DNA from: Octopus vulgaris
Lineage: Eukaryota
Length of the DNA stretch: 64,000 bases
Direction of reading: 5' to 3'
Assembly (NCBI GenBank): GCA_951406725.2
Contig: OX597816.1
Span: 135,842,001 to 135,906,000 of the forward strand
In this document: one piece after another, positions 1-12,511 of the stretch
How the letters are laid out: each line of letters starts with the position of its first letter
Position numbering within the stretch: the stretch's first letter is position 1
Notes under the pieces: generated by a model
Told to the model about the DNA's origin: nothing
Seen by the model: only the letters and a program-made list of their open reading frames with translations
The model's database searches: none
Program-made: the position numbers and the translations under genes

Positions 1-473
1 TCATTTTAAAGGGTAAAAATCAATATGAATTTAACCACTATGGTTAACGGTAATCTGCCAAGAAAGAAAAAAAAACACATTAGAATGTACAAATTAATGC
101 TTATTCTACTGTAAGTATTGAAAAGAACCCTCAAAATGCAACAGGATTTTCTTTCCAGCCTGATACATAAATGTAAACATATGCACACACGTATACACAT
201 ACACACTGACTTGCCACATCATTGGCTCTATCTGCTTCATCAGGTTATAGTTCGGCTGACTATACATGTTGTTAAGGCTTGTTTTATTTACTAAAATTGA
301 TAGAAAGAGTTCAGTGACCTTGCCGTGGAGTTTCGTAGGCTCCTTGTAGAAACTTAGCTCATCGGGCTCAGCATTCGGCTACCCGAGACCAAGAAGCTAG
401 GTTTCTGTAAAGAACTTGTAAAATTTTAAGGCCGAATCAAACTGTTTTAAGTAAAAACTACAAACACACACAT

Positions 474-880
474 TGACCGAGACCTTTGGCAATATACTGT
501 GTTTGAGAAGACCCGTCAAGCCAAGTGAACTCGTAGTCGTGGCCGATGCCAGTGTCGCATAACTGGTACCCGTGCCGGTGGTACGTAAAAATCACCCTTC
601 AAACATTAGGTCTCACGGAGGCAGTGACCAAGATCTTTGGCGATATACCGTGCTTGAGAAGACCTGTCAAGCCAATTGAGATCGTAGTCGTGGCCGATGC
701 CGGGGTTACGTAATCGGCACCCGTGTCGGTGGCCTGTAAAAACCATCCTTGGAGTGGTGGCGTTAGGAAGAGCATCCAGCCGTAGTAACCATGCCAAATC
801 TGATTGGAACCTGGTGCAGCTTACCAGTTTTCAGTCAAACCGACCAACCCATGCCAGCATGGAAAACGGACGACGTTCAT
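474..880 (+). mobile_element. 3' fragment of the RTE LINE family (or a SINE sharing its tail), with a duplicated ~150 bp unit
   Basis: Shares GAAGACC..CAAG, CGTGCCGGTGG..CGTAAAAA..CACC and GCGTTAGGAAG..CATCCAGCCGTAG..AACCCATGCCAGCATGGAA with 45260-46040. Confidence 0.75.
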
Positions 881-1449
881 GGTCGTGGGGTAGGGGTCTT
901 CTAATAGTAAATAAAACAGAAAGTGAGAGTGAAAAGCTTGTGTTGTATTTCTTGTACACTGACTGCTACTGAGAAAAATTACACCTACATAGAGAAGGAA
1001 GTTCTCGTAGTGGTTTTTGTCGTCAAAAAACTTCAATATCTGTATGATCATTTTTCATTCTTTACATCAATTATAAACAATTGCTAGGACTGATGAAAAC
1101 AAGCTCATTCCTCCTCTTACTACTGCCTGAGTGCAACGGTGGGCGCTGTTCCGAGCAGCCTGTAGCTACAAATTAGAATTATCGTGCTAGCTCCTTCAAT
1201 GGTAATAATGATTTCAAATTTTGGCACAAGACCAACAATATCAGGAGAGAGTGTAAGTCGATTACATCGACCCCTATTGTTTAACTGGTACTTATTTTAT
1301 AGACCCCGAAAGGATGAAATTCGATCTTGGTGGTATTTGAACTCAAAACGTAAAGATAGGTGAAATGCTGCTGGGCATTTTGCCAGGTATGCTAATGATT
1401 CTATCAGCTCGCCACCTTTCTCCAACGGTAATAACGATAGTCTTCAGTC

Positions 1450-2280
1450 GCCTTCCAAGAGAAAGATTGTTTCAAATCAGAGAACAAAGTTCATATGGTG
1501 GATTTGATTAACTCGCCTGTTACTGCGGTTGAACTGCATTCAGAGACCAGAGAAGATTCTGTTCCAAGGAGGGTATACGAATTAGCAGCAAACAGATGGG
1601 AATATAACACCGTAATTCCTGAAATAAAGACATACTTCAACCAGCGACTAAAAATCAGAATACCATAAGCCTGAAAGACGGAATACACAGCGCAACAAAT
1701 CATAAAAATACTTTAGGAAAATAGTAAGAAAAAACGGCCTCCAAAACATTTATTTACAAATTAAAAGATGATTACCGTCTCTACAATGTAAAGGGATCAG
1801 AATTCAAAGATTTGGATCCAAAATGTTTCAAGTGATGAGACATGGAGTGTTGACATCTATTACTGGCTCCTCTAACGTCAGATCTTCTGTTAATGGTTCT
1901 AAATGTGTTCAGATGCTAGTTAAGGAGGGGTTTGAATTTGTTTGGTGGTAGATTACTGTTTTGTCTGCTAGAAAAGTGTGTGGTGATGTTTGTGTAGTAC
2001 ACGGTATTTTAGAGAAAACATTTGTTGTTGAGAAGCAAGTTAAGTAGGTTTTCTGTAGCTGTTGGAACTAGTGCCGGATATTGTGTGTAGGAGCAAATCT
2101 CCACGACGGTTTATGTTGGTTAGCCGATCGACAAAATTTGGAGTTGCGGCGTAGAAAACACTGAAATAGTTTGTGTCGAAAATGTCTTGTATTTATGTGA
2201 TGAGGGGAAATGCTTTCCAATGAGGCTTAAAAAGTATATAGCATTTATAAACATGTTTCTCACTAGGCTGAGAAAAGTTT
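1450..2280 (-). mobile_element. Degraded Penelope-like element, RT-thumb/linker region
   Basis: Frameshifted translation FLSLIGKHFPSSHKYK.FDTNYFSVFYAATPNF resembles the PLE motif FLxLIDKHFPxxHKLHKIFNRNTVKVSYSCMPN. Boundaries approximate. Confidence 0.55.
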
Positions 2281-2310
2281 TGCACATATATGCATATTTG
2301 TCTATGTATG

Positions 2311-2394
<84 letters not shown>

Positions 2395-2480
2395 AGAGAG
2401 AGAGAGAGAGAGGTGCGATGAATAAATTGATTAAATTACGCAAAAATGAAAATAACACTGACATCTCATTTTAACAGATA

Positions 2481-3699
2481 TTGAGTCTTCCCATAAATAA
2501 TGCGTTAAGATAACTAATTTCTTTTTTTAATCTAAAATATACTCTCCTTCATTTTCTACAATGCCTTTCCATCTATCTGGTAGACTTACACGGCCCCTTT
2601 TCCAATATTCACTTGTCCGTGACGAAAAATACTCCTTCAGTACTGTTCTGACCTTGACTACAGAATTCATGTTTTTTCCATCCAAATGATTTTGAAGACT
2701 GCGGAAAAAATAATAATCAGATGGGCAATGTTCGGTGAATATGGTGGGTGGGACATCGTTTCCCATTCAAACTGTCCCAGCCTTTGGAATGTCATCCTCG
2801 CTGTATGTGGCCGAGCATTATCCTAATGGAAGAACACCTTTTTGTCTTGATGGTGGTTTTTCTTCTAGCGCTGTAGATCTCCTTTGTTATCGTTTGGTTT
2901 GGATTTAAAAGTTCAAAGTGGACTAAACCTTTCATATCCCGCCAAAGAGATAACATCTTACGTAGGTGAAGACCTTCTCTAGCCTGGTATGCCGGTATTT
3001 CTCCTTTCCCCACCCGCTGTATTTGGCACTTGACATTTTTAGGGAATCCATTTCTCGTCACCAGTCACTATTTGGTTCAAACATAGGTTCATTCGTGAGA
3101 CGTGACAGCAAAGAAGAGCACACATTCACTCTCTGCACGCAATTAGACTTTGAAAGTTTGTGAGGAACCCATTGACCCAATTTGCTGACTTTTCCGATGA
3201 CACGCAGGTGTCGATGAATGGTTGAACGACCAAATCCGAGGTTCTCTGCTAGTTCACCAATAGTTACGATGGGATTTTGTTCTACCAGGGTTTGCAAGAT
3301 GTTCCCATCGAGCTCTACAGATCTTCCAGGACGAGGCTTATCATCTGGGTTGTAGTTTCCGGCTCGGAATTTCTGGAACCATCATTGACACTGGTTTACG
3401 CTTATGGTCCGATCCCCATATACTGCATTGATATTCCTCGCACTTTCCATTCCGCTGTTGCCTTTATTGAACTCATAAAGCAAAATATGCTGAATATGCT
3501 CTTTTGTCACTTCCATTATAGCTTTGAAAAAGTAACTGTTAAAATTGAATTTCACTCTTCAAAACTTGCACTAAGAATAAGGCCAAGGTAAAATTACTAC
3601 CTGCTTTTATAGCAAGTTAATGCAGGTAGTTCATCCCGTTCCCCTCCGACTTTTGGTTCATGCAATTGGAAAAACTGCACTGTTTGTGGGATGACCTAA
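2481..3699 (-). mobile_element. Full-length but decayed mariner transposon
   Basis: Diverged TIRs (TTGAGTCTTCCCATAAA / TTTGTGGGATGACCTAA); transposase fragments with WVPH, PSDYYFFRSLQNHLDG and LPDRWKGIVENEGEY; several frameshifts. Confidence 0.9.
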
Positions 3700-3702
3700 T
3701 CT

Positions 3703-4500
3703 ATTTACCAAAATTACATAGAAATATCTTGAAATACTAAAGAGTAAATTTATTCAATAAAATCTCCATTGGCTTCAACCACGGCCTCCAGACAACATCG
3801 GAATTTCCTACATCTCTTCTAGATGGTCTCCTTGTTTAAATTGGTAAATGCTTCTATAATCCTTGCCTTCAGTTCATCTTTGGTGTTACTAGGAATTCTT
3901 TTTTTGTCTCTCGCCCAACTGCGTCCTACACATAATAATCAAGGGGATTGCAGTCTAGGGAGTTGGGTGGCCAGATGTTAGGGGTGATATGGTCGCAGAA
4001 ATTGTCTGACAGCTATGATTGGATTGTCCTGCTTGTGTAGCACAGTGCAGAGTCCTATTGCTAGACATAGGGTCTTTAAACACCCACTCTCTTGGCCCAG
4101 GGCAACACTATTTCCTCTAGGCACTTGATGTAGGCGTCCGTGTTGAATTTGAGGCTGTGTAGGAAGATGAATGGAAGCATGACGTTGTCATTACTAGTAA
4201 TCACTCCAAACACCATGATGTTGACTGGATTTTTATCACTCTCCGTACATGTTTTGGGCGATACGGCAAGCCAACGGTTGTTCTGTGTATTCACCATCTG
4301 TTCGTATTGGAGCTTCTGGCGCGAATGCCAAGCAGTACAGCATGTCGTTTTCAAATTTTTGGCAGAGTGAATTACGTCATGGTGCTGTTTTTCATATAAG
4401 CGATGCCCATCTGACCTTACTTTACAGTGTAGTCGACAAAATCAAAACAATGCGCAAAATTAAAAATATCAAATGGCGAAAATTTACCCATTACACTTTG
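3703..4500 (-). mobile_element. Internally deleted Tc1/mariner element (maT/DD37D-like)
   Basis: MVFGVITSNDNVMLPFIF...YIKCLEEIVLPW and WPPNSLDCNPLDYYV motifs. Confidence 0.75.
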
Positions 4501-4799
4501 TGTATGTGTGTGTGTGTGTTTTGGATTATACAAGATTATTTTCCTGTTTGTATTCTTAGTTTTAGAGTTGTTCTGTGGTGGGATGTATGTAGACGTGTCT
4601 TTGAAACCGCTTTAAAATTATTAGTAAAATAATCTTAAATACGTCAGCACTTGCAACACATATTTAATACTGCGTTGTACAAAAGTATGAAGAGTCTATG
4701 AAGAAATTTTCTATTAAGGTTTTGATTATGGCAAAGTTGTCGGAGGATGTGTATATGTGTTGGATTGTTTCTTTATATATATATATATTAAATAATGAA

Positions 4800-5203
4800 T
4801 TAAAAGCAGCGCTAGTATTGTAAACATTATCGACCGCACATACTCAATGTTTATGTTTTGTTTATTCACCGATTCGCTGCGGAGTAGCGCTTTGGGTACG
4901 ACTCCCTCATAACGCTGGGTCAAAGTCATAGGCAAGTGAGATAATTCCCCTCTGGTTGAATTTACGAGTGACGGATACCGATATTTCGCCACAAAAAATG
5001 GTGAAATATCGGTAGCCATCATTCCACGGTTCGATCGGAGGCGAGTTGTCTCGTCTGTCTATGACTTTCAGGAGTTTAACAGCCAGCGTTATGAACGAGT
5101 CGTACTCAAAGCGCTATATTGCAGCGAACAGGTGAACAAACAAAACACGAACATTGAGTATGTTCATGTCGATAAAGTTTACAACACTAGCGCTGCTAGT
5201 TTT
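4800..5203. mobile_element. Foldback MITE with ~170-200 bp imperfect inverted arms
   Basis: GCAGCGCTAGTATTGTAAAC... is inverted at ...GTTTACAACACTAGCGCTGC; central hairpin CCGATATTTCGCCA/TGGTGAAATATCGG; solo arms at ~10415-10600 and ~10735-10905. Confidence 0.75.
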
Positions 5204-5209
5204 AAATGT

Positions 5210-6008
5210 TTACGCTTTTATCGCCTTCAGAGTATTCTCCATTTGAACCAATGCATCGGTTCAGGTGCGTTTTCCACTATTCGAAGCAGTGCTGGAAGTC
5301 TTGCGAAGTGGTGCCTGTTAACGTCTCCGTCATTATTTTCTTCATCTCTTCCACATGTGCAAACTCCGTAGTACCAGCTTTCGTTACTAGTGATGACCTT
5401 CGAAAAAAGGTCCGGATCAACTTCCAACTGTTCTTTCAGTTCACGACACACATTCAGTCGTGGTTACTTTTTATCTTCTGTGAGCAAGAGAGGCACACAT
5501 TTTACTGCGACTCTTTTCATTCGTAATTCCTCGTTCAAAATTCGTTGGCAGGAGCTCCAGGACATACCAGTCATATCAACAAGTTCAGCATTTGTTCAGT
5601 GACGGTCCTCCAAGATCAGTTTATGAAATTTCATGATGTCTTTATTCGTTCGGGAGGTCGACGGTCGTCCTGAACAAGGTTGGTCTTCAAGCAACAAGTG
5701 ACCATTCCTAAAGCGTGTAAACCACTCGTAAACTTGTATTTTGCTTATGGCAGCGTCCTTGTAAACTGTTTGCAGTCTGACAACTGTTTCGGCCGCTGTT
5801 TTTCCCATAGGAAAACATAATTTCACAGAAGCACGCTGTTCCTTCGTTTCAGGCAACGCAAAAATCGACGAACAGGGGAGAAGCACTGTAAAACAAAGCC
5901 GCACCACGTGGCAGTACGACCTTACCGAACGGCGCCGGTCAACAGACCGATGCCTGAGAATCGCATCAAATGGCTACTATCGGCCGAAGCCTGAACTACA
6001 ACGGGTTT

Positions 6009-6010
<2 letters not shown>
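5210..6010 (-). mobile_element. Non-autonomous mariner (HTH region kept, most of the DDD domain deleted)
   Basis: EQRASVKLCF.MGKTAAET...VYEWFTRFRNG...EDQPCSGRPSTS; VITSNESWYYG joined almost directly to the C-terminal RCIGSNGEY. Confidence 0.8.
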
Positions 6011-6074
<64 letters not shown>

Positions 6075-6076
<2 letters not shown>

Positions 6077-6567
6077 ATCATCCTTCTCTTCTCCACATTC
6101 GCTAGGCCCCCACCTCGAATACTGCTGTCATTTATGGTCCTCCAATAAAAAAAAAAGGCATAATGAGGATCGAAGCGCCACAAAGATCAATCACTAAAAA
6201 AATAAATGGCATGATGGGACTTGATTATTGGGCTCGACTTAAACAGCTGAAACTCTATTCTCTGCAACGCCACCGTGAGCTATACATTATTTGCACGTGT
6301 ATTGCACTGCAAATGGTCCTGCTCTTTTCAATGTTATCCCGGAAGAAATTAAAGTAGAAAAAGATCCTACAGCTTTCAAACGGTACCTGGACAAATTCCT
6401 CTAGGAAATACCGGATTAGCCACCTATACCTGGATACGTCTTAACCAACAACAAATCTCTGCTTGAATGGTCCATGGTATCCTGAAATAATTAACTAAAA
6501 GACTTTCCAGGTGGTGCTATTGAGTTAGTCATGGCCAGGGCCGATAATGGCCGAAACCAATCTAAGT

Positions 6568-6570
<3 letters not shown>
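6075..6570 (+). mobile_element. CR1/L2-group LINE 3' fragment
   Basis: PHLEYCCHLWS and IEAPQRSITKKINGMMGLDYWARLKQLKLYSLQRHRE. Confidence 0.75.
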
Positions 6571-6606
<36 letters not shown>

Positions 6607-6641
6607 ACCAAAAAATAAGCAACAAGAATGGATCCGGTAAT

Positions 6642-6726
6642 TTAGTGCAATTGTTTCATACTATAACAATTTATTAAAGCTGAAAATATTACAGCAAATA
6701 TAATATGTCAAGTAATCTTCAGCTAA
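6642..6726 (-). ncRNA. Inverted copy of the 6950 hammerhead, probably inactive
   Basis: Same motif on the minus strand, but the cleavage triplet is GCA (conserved U changed to C). Confidence 0.6.
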
Positions 6727-6949
6727 TTTCATATAGGTTTTCCAATAATGTAAAGTTCTTAAATCAATTAGTAACATCTTAGAGAGTGCAAATATACCGA
6801 TAAAGTTGTAGATATGAGTTCCAGGAACATGGAATAGGATGCCAGGCAAACCAAGATTAAGTTCATATATCTTTATCGGTATATTTGCACTCTGTAAGAT
6901 GTTACAAATTGATTTAAGAACTTTACATTATTGGAAAACCTATATGAAA

Positions 6950-7034
6950 TTAGCTGAAGATTACTTGACATATTATATTTGCTGTAATATTTGCAGCTTT
7001 AATAAATTGTTATAGTATGAAACAATTGTACTAA
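6950..7034 (+). ncRNA. Type I hammerhead ribozyme, intact core
   Basis: TTAG-CTGAAGA-[long stem II]-GAAA-CAATTG-TA-CTAA; stem I TTAG/CTAA, palindromic stem III ACAATTGT, GUA cleavage triplet. Confidence 0.75.
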
Positions 7035-7231
7035 ATTACCGGATCCATTCTTGTTGCTTATTTTTTGGTTATAATCACCCCACATAACTTTATGGGTAAT
7101 GCCATAAAAAAGTTCTGGTGCATATAAATTAAGTACCATATTCATTTGAATCTAAATTGTTTTGCTGAACTTATATATGTATAAGGGTATGCTCCCACTT
7201 TCAGTGTTCCCAAATCCGAATCAAGGAGTTC

Positions 7232-7283
7232 TGAGCTGACGAAAGAAATGTCGATTTGACTAATCTAGAAACGTACGTTCTCA
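7232..7283 (+). ncRNA. Type I hammerhead ribozyme
   Basis: TGAG-CTGACGA-[AAGAAATGTCGATTTGACTAATCTA]-GAAA-CGTACG-TT-CTCA; stem I TGAG/CTCA, palindromic stem III ACGTACGT, GUU triplet. Confidence 0.7.
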
Positions 7284-7566
7284 AATAACCTTTGCACTTG
7301 TGATTTTTTAATGTTTTTACCCCCATACCTTCGTGAGTTGGTTTGAGCAAACACTATCTGAGAGAGATTTTCTTTAAGTATTAGAAATGGCTAAAGAAAT
7401 TTTTTTAGCTGCTATTTCTAATGAGTTCAGTATGTGGCAAAGTAATTTATTTTACTAAGCCCTTTTATATAATGTAATATTTTGAATTCGCCTTAAATGG
7501 TCCCTTTACATACTGAATACTTGGTGAAATTGATTAATAATTAATTAATTTTACCCTCAATTGTTG

Positions 7567-7920
<354 letters not shown>

Positions 7921-8215
7921 TCTGTGTTTGCCCACCACCACTTGCCAACCGTTGTTAGTTTGTTTACATCCCCATAACTTAGCGTTTCGGTAAAAGAGAC
8001 CAATAGAATAAGACCTTAAAAAATATACTGGGGTTCGATTTGTTCGACTAAAACCTTCAAGGAGGTACCCCAGCAAGGCGACTGCCCGATGATGGAAACA
8101 AGTTAAAAAAAAAAAGATTTTATTCATTGATTAACAAAAAAAAAAGTTTATATTTTTATTGTCTGAATAGGTTGTATCTCATTATGATGATACAAGTCAA
8201 TCCCATCGGCTATTG

Positions 8216-8616
8216 TTAACCAACTGCTAATGCACCACTAGCTTCCAATTCAGCTAGAAGTGTAAGAGTCAATGATAGTTGCTCCGAATAAATATTGGAT
8301 GGAAAATTCACATATTGTCCTAATATTAATTTCTGCACTATCCAATTGAAATTTTGTTCATGAAAACTTTCTTTCATAGTCAAATTCTCTTTGCATTTAC
8401 ATTGCATGTCTTTTGATTTTTGTTGCCAGAAATCTGTTGAAGATATTCTGGGACTATTGAGATTATATACACTAGACGCTTTCTGATTATGATAGTTCAT
8501 AAATTGGTTATTCCAATGAATCTGTTGTTCTGGATGCGATATGAATAACGAATTATCATCTTCCTTGTTAATAATATTTTGTTTTTTCTGATTTTCTAAA
8601 CATTCTTTTGTTCCAT
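8216..8616 (-). CDS. Gene B last coding exon
   Basis: Acceptor TTTCCAATTTCAG|; phase 1, (D)GTKECLENQKKQ...GQYVNFPSNIYSEQLSLTLTLLAELEASGALAVG*. Confidence 0.75.
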
Positions 8617-8739
8617 CTGAAATTGGAAATTTGAAAACGTTAGAATTATAGATGTGTGTGTATGTGTAAATGTATGTATATATGTATGTTTGTATCTATG
8701 TTTTCATATATAGCGCGTTATCATAATTATACTCAACAC

Positions 8740-10330
8740 TAGTCCTCCATGACTTCAAGTTTCATACTACAGTCTTAGCACCATTGTTAGCTGGTTTCAG
8801 AAATATCTACAATGAAAGTGAATTCAAATTCACTCAATTCGAACTTTATCCTTCTTTCTGGAAATCGTTACTTACCAATACTCAAGAAGTTATCAATTCA
8901 TATAATAACATGGATGACAATGATACAGATATCATTATGCGAGCCATAAAAACAACTTTTCAACAACACCTCGACAGGATTAAGCAAGTAAACCATTCTG
9001 GTTCACTCGATATCAACATGAGACCGTCCAACAGCACAGAGATATGTGATCTTTCCGATTTGTATAGCCTATACATTCTGAAAAATAAATTCATGACTAA
9101 GGACATGGGCCTCTACAAAAGCGACGAGTTGGCCACACAGACAAACATAGAAAAGAATTAATCAGAACCTTCAATGATTTCGGCTTCAAAGAAACGCCAA
9201 CTTGATCACCGTTAATTCCTTTGATATCATATTCAACCTTATCATGGACAAGTATAAGCCATATAGTTATCCGATCAAAAGTTAAGATACATTACAGATT
9301 CAACCAATCAGCTATAGTTTTCAAAACCTAAGAAAAATTAACAGAAGAATCTCTAACCTGTCGTTTAATAAAGAAATTTTTGACATATTTAAAAACGTTA
9401 GAACAAACTAGAAGATAGAGTGTACAAAGATAAGATTAAATATACAACTATCCCATGTTACCAACAGGATAAGATGTAACATTCACTGGCTTTAACCCCA
9501 CCTTTCTCGTTAAATACTAAACAGTATAAAATAGTTTAGCCTAAACAACCTGTTAACTAACAACGTAAGCAATTGTTTAATAGCAATAATGTAAAACCTA
9601 GTTATAGTTGTATTGCTAAAATGATTAACTTCACTGCAACTAATTCAACAAAGCTAACAGAAATAAATTGCATTTTCAGACACAAAAATTCATGCCCCCT
9701 AAACCAGCCACGTAATACATGAGCAGTTATCAATGAAGCAGAGTCACCACGCAAAATAAAAACTGAGTGCAGCAGTTATGTTGGTATCATTAAGAGTATA
9801 TGTAAACACTATTTCTTCATTGAAACATAGAAAAAAGAAAGCATGCAACCAACTATGGAATTGAAAGATACAAATCAAATATTTATGGAGTTAAAATCTA
9901 CTGCCTATATAATACGTATAAACCTTAACAAATTAGTTGAAAATTTAAATAACAGATCAGGGATATTTTAACAAATACAGATATTTCAGGATTTATTATT
10001 ATTGTTATTTAATTATTTGTGAATCGATAATGTAGACCACAAGAATGAATGGATACACTAAACAGTGATGCCTACAAAAAAGACTACATACACAGTGTGT
10101 GTGTGCGCGCGCGCATGAGCATGCGTGCGTGTGTCTATGTGTGCATGTACATGCCAACACGTAAGTGCTAATGATAAAACAGAGAAGAGCGTACTTAATA
10201 TAAAACTTAGAGAGAAATTTCAAATTTTATCGAAGCTTGAAAGCTCAATGAATTATTACACTAGATGCCACATTATTAATTTTTAGATGAAAAAATTCTG
10301 GGATATCCCAGAAACAGCTGTAAGATTTTG
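8740..10330 (+). mobile_element. Degraded Penelope-like element (RT to GIY-YIG region) with a decayed hammerhead at 10281-10325
   Basis: LDINMRPSNSTEICDLSDLYSL...MGLYKSDEL resembles FDITMGSYDGAEICELVGLY...GLYRDDGL; downstream CTGGGATATCCCA-GAAA-CAGCTG-TA-AGA. Confidence 0.7.
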
Positions 10331-11934
10331 AATTTCTTCCTATAATAATATTGTATATAACTTGAGATGTTAGCCTTATCTTAATGTTTGCTGCCCAGTT
10401 TAATAATTATATATATATATTATCGACCGCACATACCCAATGTATGTGCTTTGCTTGTTCGCCAGTTTGCTGCCATACAGCGCTCTGGAGACGAGTCCCT
10501 CATGGCATTGAGTGTTAAAACATCTGAAAGCCATAGACAGGCGAAACAACTCGCCTCCAGACCTATCCATGAATGATGGATACCGATATTTCGTCAAGTT
10601 TGTGGTTTATTAACATCACGTACCTGAATCGGACAAAGAACGAACTGAATCACCAGTCTATGACTTTATACAAGAAGTGTAAGAACCATTTGCTGGTATG
10701 CCACAACGAAGCATCTGTAGGATTAAATTCAATTATGAAATAGAAGCAGCGTAAATGTTGTAAACATTATCGACCTCACATACTCAGAGCATGTGTTTTG
10801 CTTGTTCGCCAGGTTCGCTGCCGCGCAGCGCTCTGGGATAAACCCCTCATAGCACTGGGTATTATTAAAACACTTGAAAGTCATAGACAGGCAAGACAAC
10901 TCACTCCATTCACAATACACAATACAGATTCATCTCTTACATAACATCTTCTCCAGTTAAGACATTCCAAAATATAAATAGTACAGTCGAATTCACCCAT
11001 TATATTGCTCTGTCAACAGAAACTGCCTACCAGAAGAGGAAAGGACGTAATTTATAGAGATGAAAAAGCGAAAGGAAGGGAGGAGAAGAAGGAGCAGAGA
11101 GAAGAGAGGTAGTAGATGGGTAAGGATGAGAAAAGGAAAGAGAAAAAGCAAATAAGGGAAAGAAAAAAGAGAAATAAATCGGAGGAAGAGGAGTCGGGTT
11201 CTGTGTTCAAATTTCGTCAAGACCGACTTTGCCTTTCATTCTCTCGGGGTCGATAAAATAAGCACTATTTGAGCACTGTAGTCGATGTAATCGACTTAAC
11301 TACTCTTTGGTAAGAATATAAAAACTGCACTCCTTTGCCTGGCCATGTCGAGTCAGTGAAGCAGAGTGGGCTCATCAAGCCAGTATGATCTCAAGCTCAA
11401 GTTCATAGCCTGCACATCAGACTGTGGTTGATGGAGAGAACACACTGAGGCATCTGTCCTTCAGTGGACTGAACATAGGCAATCCAATCAAATTCAAATG
11501 TAGAGCGCAGCCCACGCCTGCAACTTACGTTCGTTGAGAATAAATATGCTGCTGTGCTGGCAAAACCAGCACAAAAAAGCACAGTAAACAGCAATAACAA
11601 AAGCCCAATTGATTCTACCCTGGATTCAACTGCAAAGGAACATGAGTCACGATCAAACAAAGACGGTTATATTCACAAAGGTAGGACTGCTTCCAGTATA
11701 TGGACATACGATAACCACGTATGAACAAATAAAATTCAGTAAAGACTGCAAACATTAAAAAATGCTTTGAGTAACTTTTTTTAAATCAAGGAACCGCGAA
11801 CATTTGTGAAACAAAAGGATAGAAAACCAGCTGACATTATACTATCTGTGATCAATCAAGTTGCTAAAGAACACCTAGAGCAAACTGAAGTTCACAGCTT
11901 TTGGACGTTAAATATATATCTTACTAATTATGTT

Positions 11935-12070
11935 ACAATTGCTTTTCGTCGTTCTATCACCAAATATGAACATTTCTTTTGACCAAATTCCAAGCCTATA
12001 TCAGCTGAAAGTGTTGTCATTAATTCTTAGTTGTTTTTTGGCATTGTTAACATTTTTAGCATAAAGACTA
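11935..12070 (-). mobile_element. R4/Dong-like LINE RT fragment
   Basis: LYAKNVNNAKKQL..TTLSADIGLEFGQKKCSYLVIERRK. Confidence 0.6.
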
Positions 12071-12132
12071 CCTCCCGGGAATATTTTCTTTGTATGTATA
12101 TATGTATGTGTGTGTGTGTGTGTGTGTGTGTA

Positions 12133-12330
12133 CGAAGGGGCGTTGAAAAGTTCTTGGGAAAGGTCCGGCTGGAGGCCTAAACTTCCGAGTTATTTTACAG
12201 CACTTAGAAAAACCGAAGGAGCGCTGCAGTAAGAGTGTGAATCTGAGAGAGGAATGCATTGAATAAAATCATAATTGATTTTTGTGTATTTTCTTTTACC
12301 TAAAGCCAGGAACTTTTCAGCACCCCCTCG
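12133..12330. mobile_element. Mariner-derived MITE
   Basis: TIRs CGAAGGGGCGTTGAAAAGTTC / GAACTTTTCAGCACCCCCTCG, flanked by TA on both sides. Confidence 0.8.
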
Positions 12331-12511
12331 TACGTATGTCATTATTCAGTTTTATTTCAAGATTCCTTACCAATAGAGAAAGTGTCGGTTTTTAATCTAG
12401 ATCTAAGAATCCTTCATTGGAATTTTAACATCAACAACAGGGTATTTTTCTATGTATGTATGTATGTATGTATGTATGTATGTATGTATGTATGTATGTA
12501 TGTATGTATGT

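Larger units (their letters stand above)
6603..7073. repeat. 203-bp inverted repeat (about 4 mismatches, 65-nt spacer), PLE pseudo-LTR-like
   Basis: 6603-6805 is the reverse complement of 6871-7073. Confidence 0.95.

Noticed and set aside
305-370. Minus-strand hammerhead-like CCGATGAG...CGAAAC...GTC
   Set aside because: The core is mutated and stems I and III barely pair; the + strand hairpin explains the region better.
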